A stretch of DNA of 64,000 nt from the NCBI GenBank assembly GCA_045590155.1, contig JAZNQL010000021.1, positions 5,982-69,981 on the forward strand, read 5' to 3'. This DNA comes from Clostridia bacterium. Lineage in GTDB: Bacteria > Bacillota > Clostridia > UMGS1883 > UMGS1540. The translations under genes and the position numbers were made by a program. The notes under the pieces were generated by a model. That model did not search any database. It saw only the letters and a list, made by a program, of their open reading frames with translations, and was not told the DNA's origin. Numbering within the stretch: position 1 is the stretch's first letter; every line of letters begins with the position of its first letter. Positions 56,842-64,000 of the stretch are shown here, in pieces.

Positions 56842-57816
56842 TTAAAACTTTGTAACTTTAATAATTTCTTTTAAACAATTTGCACTGTTATGTAATGCAG
56901 CTTGTTCTTTTTCATTTAAGGGCAAAAGAAGCTTATGATGAATAGCTGCATCGCCAACACTGCAGAGAATACTTAAGCATACATCTTCAATTCCGTACTC
57001 TCCGTGCATCATTGAAGATACAGTAAGATTAGTATCCATGCTGCTTAAAAGACATTTACAAATATGACAAACTGAAATAGAAACAGCGTAAAAAGTAGCA
57101 CCCTTTCGTTCTATAACTCTGGCACCTGATTTTCTTACATAGTCTTCAACTTCGTTTATATTTAAATCAGGGATAGGTCTTTCACAGTGTGCAATACTTT
57201 CCGAAAAATCTAAAACGGGGATGTTTGAAAGATTTACAAGGGACCAGGGTATAAATGAAGAATCTCCATGCTCTCCAAGCACATAAGCGTGAACATTTTT
57301 CTGGCTTATCTGATAATATTCTGAGATACGGCTTCTGAGTCTTGCGGTGTCCAAAATAGTTCCCGAACCTAAAATTCTGTTTTCAGGAATACCCGAAAGC
57401 TTGCAAAAAGCATAAGTTAAGATATCAACAGGGTTACTTACAATTATGTATGTAGCGTCGGGGGCGTGACGTGTAATATTTGGAATAATAGATTTTAAAA
57501 CATCAACATTTGTTTGTGTCAGTTCTAAACGTGATTGCCCTGGCTGTCTTGGTACACCTGAAGTAATAACGACAATATTTGAGTTTACAGCATCAGAATA
57601 ATCACCTGCATAAATTGAGCATGCAGTACAAAAAGGCGTACCCTGACGGATGTCAAGCGCCTCGCCACTGGCTTTTTTGCCGTTAACATCAATCATTACA
57701 ATTTCAGAGGCAATACCTAAACAAGCAAGAGTATAGGCAATTGTCGAGCCAACATTTCCGCTTCCTATAATAGTAATTTTGTTCACAAGTATCATCCTTC
57801 CGTTAAAAAATGTCAA
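56842..57816 (-). CDS. mdh: LDH-family 2-hydroxyacid dehydrogenase, predicted malate dehydrogenase (LDH-like MDH)
   Basis: Rossmann ITIIGSGNVGS…, …ITSGVPRQPGQSRLEL… with Arg at the LDH Q102-equivalent position (malate specificity), …IVSNPVD…, catalytic His in …LGEHGDS…. The likely real start is the Met at 57795 (MILVNKITIIG). Confidence 0.75.
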   Translation of the reverse strand: MTFFNGRMILVNKITIIGSGNVGSTIAYTLACLGIASEIVMIDVNGKKASGEALDIRQGTPFCTACSIYAGDYSDAVNSNIVVITSGVPRQPGQSRLELTQTNVDVLKSIIPNITRHAPDATYIIVSNPVDILTYAFCKLSGIPENRILGSGTILDTARLRSRISEYYQISQKNVHAYVLGEHGDSSFIPWSLVNLSNIPVLDFSESIAHCERPIPDLNINEVEDYVRKSGARVIERKGATFYAVSISVCHICKCLLSSMDTNLTVSSMMHGEYGIEDVCLSILCSVGDAAIHHKLLLPLNEKEQAALHNSANCLKEIIKVTKF

Positions 57817-58042
57817 AAAAAATCATTTTAATGTAAGAATTTACAAAGATATGTAAAATTCTATATTTCTCAATTTTATATTATAACATAAATCGACAGA
57901 TTTGTAAAGCTAAAAAGTAGCAAAGAATTAACAAAAAATCATTTTTATTAACATATTATTTTGTAAACATTAGCAAGAGAATAATAATTTTTTAAATTTA
58001 ACGGAAAAAGCTGCTGGGAAAGAGTTATCAACAACTAAAAAT

Positions 58043-59938
58043 TCAAATTTCAATTTGTGAAAATTTATCAGAAAACTCTTCCCAGTCACAATAAAGTTTT
58101 TCGTTTATAGCTTTTTTTGAAGCGATTTTTTCGTTCAATTCCATAGCTCGCACATAATCTGAACCACAAACCGAAAGTTCTTCTTCAAGTATTGATATTT
58201 CTTCTTCCAAAACATAAATATCCTCTTCACATTTTTTGATTTTGTTTTCTAAAGAACGCTTTAATCCCTTAAGTTCTTTTTCTGCCTTATAATCATTTGA
58301 CTTTTTTTCTGCAGGGGAACAAACAACGCTTTGAGGCAATCTTTTTTCCATAAAATAATCATAGTTACCATTATATGTCATAACTCTTTTGTCTTGCATA
58401 TGGCATATTCTTGTAGCAAACGAATTTATAAAATATCTGTCATGAGAAATTATAAACATTGTACCGCCAAAATTCGAAAGAGCCTTTTCCAAAGCATCTT
58501 TCGAAGCAATATCAAGGTGGTTTGTAGGTTCGTCTAAAAGCAGAAGATTAGGTTTTGACATAATAACCTTTAAAAGAGAAACACGCGCCTTTTCTCCCCC
58601 CGATAAAGTTTTAATTTCCTTAAAAACATCATCGCCACGGAATAAAAATGCAGCAAGGGCTGAACGTATTTCGGTTTCTGTAAGGCGAGGGAAAGCATCC
58701 CATACATCATCAATAACAGTTTTCTCTGGATCTAAACCTTCAAGATTCTGGTCATATTTTGCAATTTTTACACCGCTCCCCTTTTTTATATCTCCTTTTT
58801 GTGGCAAAAGGGTACCGTTTACAAGATTAAACAGAGTAGTTTTACCGCAACCGTTTGAACCTAAAAGGAACATTACGTCACCTTTTTTAATCTCAAACGA
58901 AACGTCAGAGAAAAGGGGAGAAGAAAATCCAAATTCAACACTTTTAAGAGTCAAAACATCGTTCCCTGTATTAGAAGATGGAGAAAAACTGAAATCTATT
59001 TTAGCATCTTCTTTTTCAACTACCGTAAGCTCTGCTTTAAGTCTGTCAACCTGCTTTTGTTTACTTTCAGCAGTTTTTATATTTTTTTCTCTGTTCCATC
59101 TTTTTTGCTGCTGTATAATTCCTTCGATACGCTTTATTTCGTGCATCTGATTTTTAAAATGTTTTTCTTCAAGCTCAATTCTTGCCTGCTTTTCTTTTCT
59201 TGAGTCAGAAAAGTTTCCGTTATAGGCAAACACTTTACCCCCTGTAAGCTCGAGAGTTTTATTTGTAACCTTGTCAAGAAAATATCTATCGTGCGAGATA
59301 ACAATAAAGGTTCCGTTAAAAGCAGAAAGATAATTTTCCAAAAAAGCACAACTTTCAATATCAAGATGGTTAGTAGGTTCGTCCAAAAGCAGAAAATCGG
59401 CATGGCTTAAAAGCAACTTTGCAAGCATAGCTCTGGTTTTTTGTCCGCCAGAAAGGGAAGATACCGAAAGATTAAGTTCGTCTTCTGAAAAGCCAAGTCC
59501 CAAAAGCATTGAACGAGTTTTAGCACGGAAGGTAAGCCCCTCGTTTTGCTCATACTTTTCGCGCAGATTATGTTGCAATAAAATAAGCTTGTCTAAATCG
59601 GAATTTTGCTCTTCAATATCCTCTTCAATTTTTTTGAGTTTTTCTTCTGTTTGCAAAAGGTCAGAAAACACATCTAAAACTTCAAAATATAAGCTTTTAT
59701 CGGAATCTGCAAAAACATGTTGCTCCATATAACCTATTTTACAACCCGAAGCAATGGAAATACTGCCAGAATCAGCAGTTATCATATTTTTAATAATCTT
59801 AAAAAGGGTAGTTTTGCCAACTCCGTTTGAGCCGACAAATCCTACCCTGTCACGATTTTCAACTGTAAAGCTTAAATTGTCAAAAAGTACACGCTCTCCA
59901 AAAGAAAGACAAAGAGAATGCACATCAAGTAAAGGCAT
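58043..59938 (-). CDS. ABC-F family ATPase (tandem ABC domains, no TMD; Uup/EttA-like translation factor type)
   Basis: 631 aa. Two Walker A sites (GSNGVGKTT; GSNGCGKTT), two LSGG signatures (LSGGQKTR; LSGGEKARV), a basic interdomain linker and a C-terminal coiled-coil. Confidence 0.85.
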   Translation of the reverse strand: MPLLDVHSLCLSFGERVLFDNLSFTVENRDRVGFVGSNGVGKTTLFKIIKNMITADSGSISIASGCKIGYMEQHVFADSDKSLYFEVLDVFSDLLQTEEKLKKIEEDIEEQNSDLDKLILLQHNLREKYEQNEGLTFRAKTRSMLLGLGFSEDELNLSVSSLSGGQKTRAMLAKLLLSHADFLLLDEPTNHLDIESCAFLENYLSAFNGTFIVISHDRYFLDKVTNKTLELTGGKVFAYNGNFSDSRKEKQARIELEEKHFKNQMHEIKRIEGIIQQQKRWNREKNIKTAESKQKQVDRLKAELTVVEKEDAKIDFSFSPSSNTGNDVLTLKSVEFGFSSPLFSDVSFEIKKGDVMFLLGSNGCGKTTLFNLVNGTLLPQKGDIKKGSGVKIAKYDQNLEGLDPEKTVIDDVWDAFPRLTETEIRSALAAFLFRGDDVFKEIKTLSGGEKARVSLLKVIMSKPNLLLLDEPTNHLDIASKDALEKALSNFGGTMFIISHDRYFINSFATRICHMQDKRVMTYNGNYDYFMEKRLPQSVVCSPAEKKSNDYKAEKELKGLKRSLENKIKKCEEDIYVLEEEISILEEELSVCGSDYVRAMELNEKIASKKAINEKLYCDWEEFSDKFSQIEI

Positions 59939-59953
59939 AATAAAAATCCTTTC

Positions 59954-60607
59954 TTATTTCATCGTTTCCTGCTTCACTTTTTTGTCAATTATATGACGGG
60001 AAGCAAGCTCTTCTTTAATGTCCTGAACAGTAATGCCCATTTCCACCATAAGAACAAGAGTGTGATATGCAAGGTCGGCAATTTCGTAAACAGTTTCTTC
60101 CTTGCTGTCCTTCATAGCACCTATAATAACCTCGGTACATTCTTCGCCTACTTTTTTTAGAATTTTTTCTTTTCCTTTTTCAAACAGATATGTAGTATAC
60201 GAGCCTTCTGGTTTTTCGTTTTTACGGCTTATAAGAAGCTCGTATAAAGCTTCAAGTGAAAAATCCTTTACTCCTTCATATTCCTTGTTTTCAAAGAAAA
60301 GGTTTGTAAAGCACGAGTCTGTACCTAAATGGCAAGCAGGACCTTCTTTAATAACTTCACATACTAAAGCATCGTTGTCGCAGTCAGAAGTAATTCGCAC
60401 AATGTGCTGAACATTACCGCTTTCTTCGCCTTTTCTCCAAAGCTTATTACGCGAACGGGAATAGAAACAGGTTCTGCCCTCTTTTATGGATATTTCAAGA
60501 CTTTCTTGCGACATATATGCAACCGTAAGCACTTTTTTTGTGAAAAAATCTGTTACAACACAAGGAATAAGTCCGTTTGAATCAAATTTAAGTTTATCAA
60601 TATTCAT
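59954..60607 (-). CDS. hisIE: Bifunctional phosphoribosyl-AMP cyclohydrolase / phosphoribosyl-ATP pyrophosphatase
   Basis: 217 aa. HisI block (…GLIPCVVTD…RSRNKLWRKGEESGN…DCDND…) followed by a HisE-like C-terminus. Confidence 0.85.
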   Translation of the reverse strand: MNIDKLKFDSNGLIPCVVTDFFTKKVLTVAYMSQESLEISIKEGRTCFYSRSRNKLWRKGEESGNVQHIVRITSDCDNDALVCEVIKEGPACHLGTDSCFTNLFFENKEYEGVKDFSLEALYELLISRKNEKPEGSYTTYLFEKGKEKILKKVGEECTEVIIGAMKDSKEETVYEIADLAYHTLVLMVEMGITVQDIKEELASRHIIDKKVKQETMK

Positions 60608-60608
60608 T

Positions 60609-61364
60609 TTAAAGCCTCATTTCAATATTGCTTTGGTTAAGATATTTTTTTAAATCTTTTATACTCACTTCTTTAAAATGGAAAATAGAAGCGGCAAGAC
60701 CTGCACTTACAGAAGTAGTCTCAAAAAGTTCTTTGAAGTGCTGCATATTTCCGGCACCGCCCGAAGCAATTACAGGAATTGATACAACTGAGCATATTTT
60801 TTGCAAAAACTCAATATCAAAGCCTTGTTTTACTCCGTCTGTATCAATGCTGTTTATAACAAGCTCTCCGGCACCATTTTCCTGCCCGAAAGCTGCCCAC
60901 CGAAGTGCATCCATTCCCGTATCTTCTCTGCCGCCCTTTACAAAAACGTGAAACTCTCCGTCAACTCTTTTTACATCCATAGAAAGTACAACGCACTGAT
61001 TTCCGTATTTTAAAGCTGCCTCTTTTATTAAATCGGGATTTTTGCATGCTCCTGAATTTACGCTTACCTTATCTGCTCCGCATTTTAAAACGCGGTCAAA
61101 ATCTTCAATGGTATTTATGCTTCCGCCAACGGTTAAGGGTATAAATATTTCTTTCGCAACGTCCTGCAAAACATCTGTAAAAAGAGATCTGCCTTCGTGA
61201 CTTGCAGTAATGTCATAAAAAACCAGCTCGTCAGCTCCGCTTGAATTATAGAATTTTGCAAGCTCCACAGGGGAAGCAATTTCTTTTATTCCTTTAAAAT
61301 TCACACCCTTGCACACTTTGCCGTCGCGTATGTCAAGACAAGGGATAATTCTTTTTGTAATCAT
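60609..61364 (-). CDS. hisF: Imidazole glycerol phosphate synthase cyclase subunit
   Basis: 251 aa. MITKRIIPCLDIRDGKVCKG…, …GGGI… TIM-barrel phosphate-binding motifs. Confidence 0.9.
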   Translation of the reverse strand: MITKRIIPCLDIRDGKVCKGVNFKGIKEIASPVELAKFYNSSGADELVFYDITASHEGRSLFTDVLQDVAKEIFIPLTVGGSINTIEDFDRVLKCGADKVSVNSGACKNPDLIKEAALKYGNQCVVLSMDVKRVDGEFHVFVKGGREDTGMDALRWAAFGQENGAGELVINSIDTDGVKQGFDIEFLQKICSVVSIPVIASGGAGNMQHFKELFETTSVSAGLAASIFHFKEVSIKDLKKYLNQSNIEMRL

Positions 61365-62080
61365 ATATCCTCCGCAAGTTCTAAAACACGTTTTAAATCA
61401 AGCTTCTTTTCGTAAATTGCTTTGCCTACAATAGCACCGTAGGTGCCTATTTTGCAAAGCTCGCAAATTTCGTTTTCGAACGAAATACCGCCCGAAGCTA
61501 TTATGTTAAGATTTTCAATCTTTGCGAGTTCTTTGTAAATATCAAGGTTTGTGCCAGAAAGTGCCCCGTCTTTTGAAATATCTGTGTAAATTACGGTGCC
61601 AACACCTAAAGATGCAAGCTCACGACAAAAATCAATACCGTTTTTTTCTGTGCTTTCAAGCCAGCCTGAAATTGCAACATTTCCGTTTTTGGTGTCAACC
61701 CCAACGGCAATTTTTTCTTTATAAACAGATAGAGCTTCTTTTAAAAATTCAGGGTCTTGTAAAGCGGCTGTGCCTATTATGGCACGGTTTATGCCTATGT
61801 TGATATAATCTTTAATCCTTTCCATATTTCTTATACCGCCGCCAAGCTCGGTAAAAAGAGAACAGGAAGAATTTATTTTTTCAATAACATCAAAATTTTT
61901 TGGAGAACCTTCTTTTGCACCATCAAGGTCAACAATATGAAGATTTGATGCCCCTGCATCTTCAAATTGCTTTGCAATTTCAACAGGGTTATCAGAATAT
62001 GAAGTCATATTGTTGTAGTCGCCGAATTTTAATCTTACAACTCGACCGTCTCGCAAATCTATTGCAGGAAAAATTTTCAT
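61361..62080 (-). CDS. hisA: 1-(5-phosphoribosyl)-5-[(5-phosphoribosylamino)methylideneamino]imidazole-4-carboxamide isomerase
   Basis: 239 aa. MKIFPAIDLRDGRVVRL… start. Paralogous to hisF. Confidence 0.9.
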   Translation of the reverse strand: MKIFPAIDLRDGRVVRLKFGDYNNMTSYSDNPVEIAKQFEDAGASNLHIVDLDGAKEGSPKNFDVIEKINSSCSLFTELGGGIRNMERIKDYINIGINRAIIGTAALQDPEFLKEALSVYKEKIAVGVDTKNGNVAISGWLESTEKNGIDFCRELASLGVGTVIYTDISKDGALSGTNLDIYKELAKIENLNIIASGGISFENEICELCKIGTYGAIVGKAIYEKKLDLKRVLELAEDI

Positions 62081-62082
62081 AA

Positions 62083-62685
62083 TTAAACCTCCGTAAAGCC
62101 CTTTAAAATGGCAAGACCTACATCCCCGCTTTTTTCAGGATGAAACTGTGTGCCGAAAACATTGCCGCTCGCAACAATACCTGCAACGTCAACACCGTAG
62201 TTTGAAGTTGCAACCAAAGCTTCATCGCAATTTTTTGCATAGTATGAATGAACGTAGTAAACGTAGTCACCATTCTTTATATATTTAAGCAAAGGGGAGT
62301 CTTTTACAAAATCAAGTTTGTTCCAGCCCATGTGAGGAACAGTTAGGCAAATATCTTCTTCCAAAGGGCATACATCGCCCTTTATAAGACCTAAACCCTT
62401 GTGCTCGCCGTACTCGTAGCTCTTTTCAAATAAAAGCTGCATACCAAGGCAAATACCCAAAATGGGCTTACCTCTTTTCGCCTGATCACATACAAGGTCT
62501 GCCATACCCGAATTAAATAAAAGCTTTGCGGCATCTTCAAAAGCACCGACGCCAGGAAGAATAATGCGGTCAGCCTGTTCAATTTTTTGTTTATCGGAGG
62601 TAAATTCAAATTCAGCACCGATAGCTTTTAAGGATGCTGAAACCGAAAAAATATTACCTACACCGTAATCGATTAAAGCTATCAT
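62083..62685 (-). CDS. hisH: Imidazole glycerol phosphate synthase glutaminase subunit
   Basis: 200 aa. Class I glutamine amidotransferase catalytic Cys in …ILGICLGMQLL…, His/Glu in …GTQFHPEKS…. Confidence 0.9.
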   Translation of the reverse strand: MIALIDYGVGNIFSVSASLKAIGAEFEFTSDKQKIEQADRIILPGVGAFEDAAKLLFNSGMADLVCDQAKRGKPILGICLGMQLLFEKSYEYGEHKGLGLIKGDVCPLEEDICLTVPHMGWNKLDFVKDSPLLKYIKNGDYVYYVHSYYAKNCDEALVATSNYGVDVAGIVASGNVFGTQFHPEKSGDVGLAILKGFTEV

Positions 62686-63272
62686 AAAATTGTGCCTTTC
62701 GTTGAGGGAATTGAATTTTTATCACGTTCGTTTACGCTGACTGCCGCACTTAAAGTACGGGCAAAGGATTTAAAAGCACCTTCAATAATGTGGTGCGAAT
62801 TTTTACCTGCAAGTTGTTTGATGTGTAAAGAACAACCCAAAGCGCGTGTGAACGCAAGGAAAAATTCATCAACAAGCTCTGTTTCAAATGTTCCGAGCTT
62901 TTTAGTTGTAATATCAAGGTCGGAAGCATAAAAACTACGTCCTCCGATGTCTATGGAAGTTAAAATTAAAGTTTCATCCATAGGAAGGATAAAAAATCCG
63001 TATCGTGTAATGCCGCGCATATCGCCCAAAGCTTCTTTTACGGCGTTACCTAGAACAATACCGCAATCTTCAACTGTGTGGTGTGCATCAACTACCATGT
63101 CGCCTTTGCAACAAATATTTAAATCAAACATTGCATGCTTTGCCAACAAAGTGAGCATGTGGTCAAAAAAACCGCATCCTGTATCGATTTGTGAACTTCC
63201 TGTTCCGTCAAGATTTAAAGTAAGTTCAATTTGTGTTTCGTTTGTGTTTCTTTTTATACTGGAGCTTCTCAT
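62682..63272 (-). CDS. hisB: Imidazoleglycerol-phosphate dehydratase
   Basis: 196 aa. …RNTNETQIELTLNLDG… and His-rich metal-binding motifs (…DHHTVED…). Confidence 0.9.
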   Translation of the reverse strand: MRSSSIKRNTNETQIELTLNLDGTGSSQIDTGCGFFDHMLTLLAKHAMFDLNICCKGDMVVDAHHTVEDCGIVLGNAVKEALGDMRGITRYGFFILPMDETLILTSIDIGGRSFYASDLDITTKKLGTFETELVDEFFLAFTRALGCSLHIKQLAGKNSHHIIEGAFKSFARTLSAAVSVNERDKNSIPSTKGTIL

Positions 63273-64000
63273 ATTAAACCCTCCGTAATAAGTTTTATTT
63301 TATAGATAAAGAATTCCATTTCTTCATCAGTACCAATGCTTATTCTTATAAAATCAGAAATACGCTCGCTCGAAAAATGTCTTATTAAAATACCTTCATC
63401 CTTTAATTTCAAATAAAGCTTTTCGCCATCAATCAAAGGATGCTTTGCAAAAATGAAATTGGTTTTTGAAGGAAGAACAAAGAACCCTAAATCATTCAAA
63501 GACTTTGAAGTTTTTTCTCTTGTATCAATAACCTTTTTCACACAATTCTTAAAATAAGATACATCTTTCATCGCAGCTTGTCCTGCCAAAAGAGATAGCC
63601 TGTTTATGTTATATGGATTAAAAGAATATTTCATTTTATTCAAATCCGAAATAAGCTCTTTGTTTCCTATAGCAAAACCTATTCTCGCACCCGCAAGACT
63701 TCTTGATTTTGAAAAGGTGGAAACAACAAGTAGATTTTCGTACTTTTCAGTAAGTTTTACTGCACTTTCACATCCAAAATCAACATAAGCTTCATCAATA
63801 ATTATAACGCTATCGATATTTTGATTTACAATTTCTTCAATTTCCGATAAAGAAAGAGCAAGACCGGTAGGTGCATTGGGGTTTGCAATAAAAATTGCTT
63901 TGTGTTTTTGGTAGTAATCTTTTGGATTTATACTAAAATTATCGCAAAGCGGTATAGTCTCATAGCTAACATCAAACAAAGCTGCAAAAACCTTATAAAA
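63269..64000 (-). CDS. hisC: Histidinol-phosphate aminotransferase. The 3' portion is in the window and the N-terminus lies beyond 64000.
   Basis: The reading frame stays open to the window edge. …IANPNAPTG… and …IIDEAYVDF… class-II aminotransferase blocks. PLP-Lys in …VSTFSKS…. Confidence 0.85.
   Translation of the reverse strand, partial: FYKVFAALFDVSYETIPLCDNFSINPKDYYQKHKAIFIANPNAPTGLALSLSEIEEIVNQNIDSVIIIDEAYVDFGCESAVKLTEKYENLLVVSTFSKSRSLAGARIGFAIGNKELISDLNKMKYSFNPYNINRLSLLAGQAAMKDVSYFKNCVKKVIDTREKTSKSLNDLGFFVLPSKTNFIFAKHPLIDGEKLYLKLKDEGILIRHFSSERISDFIRISIGTDEEMEFFIYKIKLITEGLI

Noticed and set aside
57817-58042. Searched the 226-bp AT-rich gap upstream of mdh for a clear sigma-A promoter or riboswitch.
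   Set aside because: Several weak -35/-10 candidates exist but none has convincing spacing. No conserved riboswitch-like GC-rich structure was found.
58014-58085. Imperfect 12-bp inverted repeat (CTGGGAAAGAGTT … AACTCTTCCCAG) spanning the ABC-F stop.
   Set aside because: The arms are 47 nt apart and one arm lies inside the coding sequence. It has no U-tract geometry, so it is not called a terminator or regulatory site.

Overview
This is a low-GC Firmicutes (Clostridia-like) chromosomal window, densely coded with sigma-A-type promoters and rho-independent terminators. The organism bears an S-layer, as shown by several SLH-domain and Cu-amine-oxidase-like stalk proteins.

From 1 to 18.6 kb the window holds housekeeping genes: a partial flippase-like gene, lepA-hemW-recX-rimO-pgsA, a BspA-type LRR surface protein, yihY, an LtaS-like gene, murD-murA, a WalJ-like MBL hydrolase and rlmH. 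A convergent minus-strand operon for cell-wall polysaccharide O-acylation follows (SLH-SGNH esterase, DUF4358 lipoprotein, MBOAT, DHHW/PatB-like), then greA.

From 18.7 to 30.0 kb there is a compact phage-derived cluster of about 11.4 kb, entirely on the minus strand. It carries a terS-like HTH gene, a tail-fibre-like gene, an xhlA-holin-amidase lysis cassette, portal, scaffold, capsid and terL, plus three unknown genes. The order is non-canonical, and there is no integrase, no replication module and no tail tube or tape-measure gene.

From 30 to 45 kb the window holds tcdA, an SH3-NlpC/P60 peptidase, pfk, a three-gene operon of small unknown proteins, yfcE, coaX, two large SLH proteins, rodA, radC, polA, coaE and an SLT lytic transglycosylase.

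From 45.4 to 57.8 kb a single minus-strand operon of 12 genes runs mdh-fumC-hdrB-hdrC-hdrA-mvhD-(flxC/B/A-like)-frdB-frdA-like-transporter. It joins a reductive malate-to-fumarate-to-succinate branch to an HdrABC/Flx-type flavin-based electron-bifurcation module. This is the most unusual system in the window.

From 58 to 64 kb there is an ABC-F ATPase and hisIE-hisF-hisA-hisH-hisB-hisC (hisC partial). All calls are from reading the sequence and ORF translations by eye; no database searches were run.
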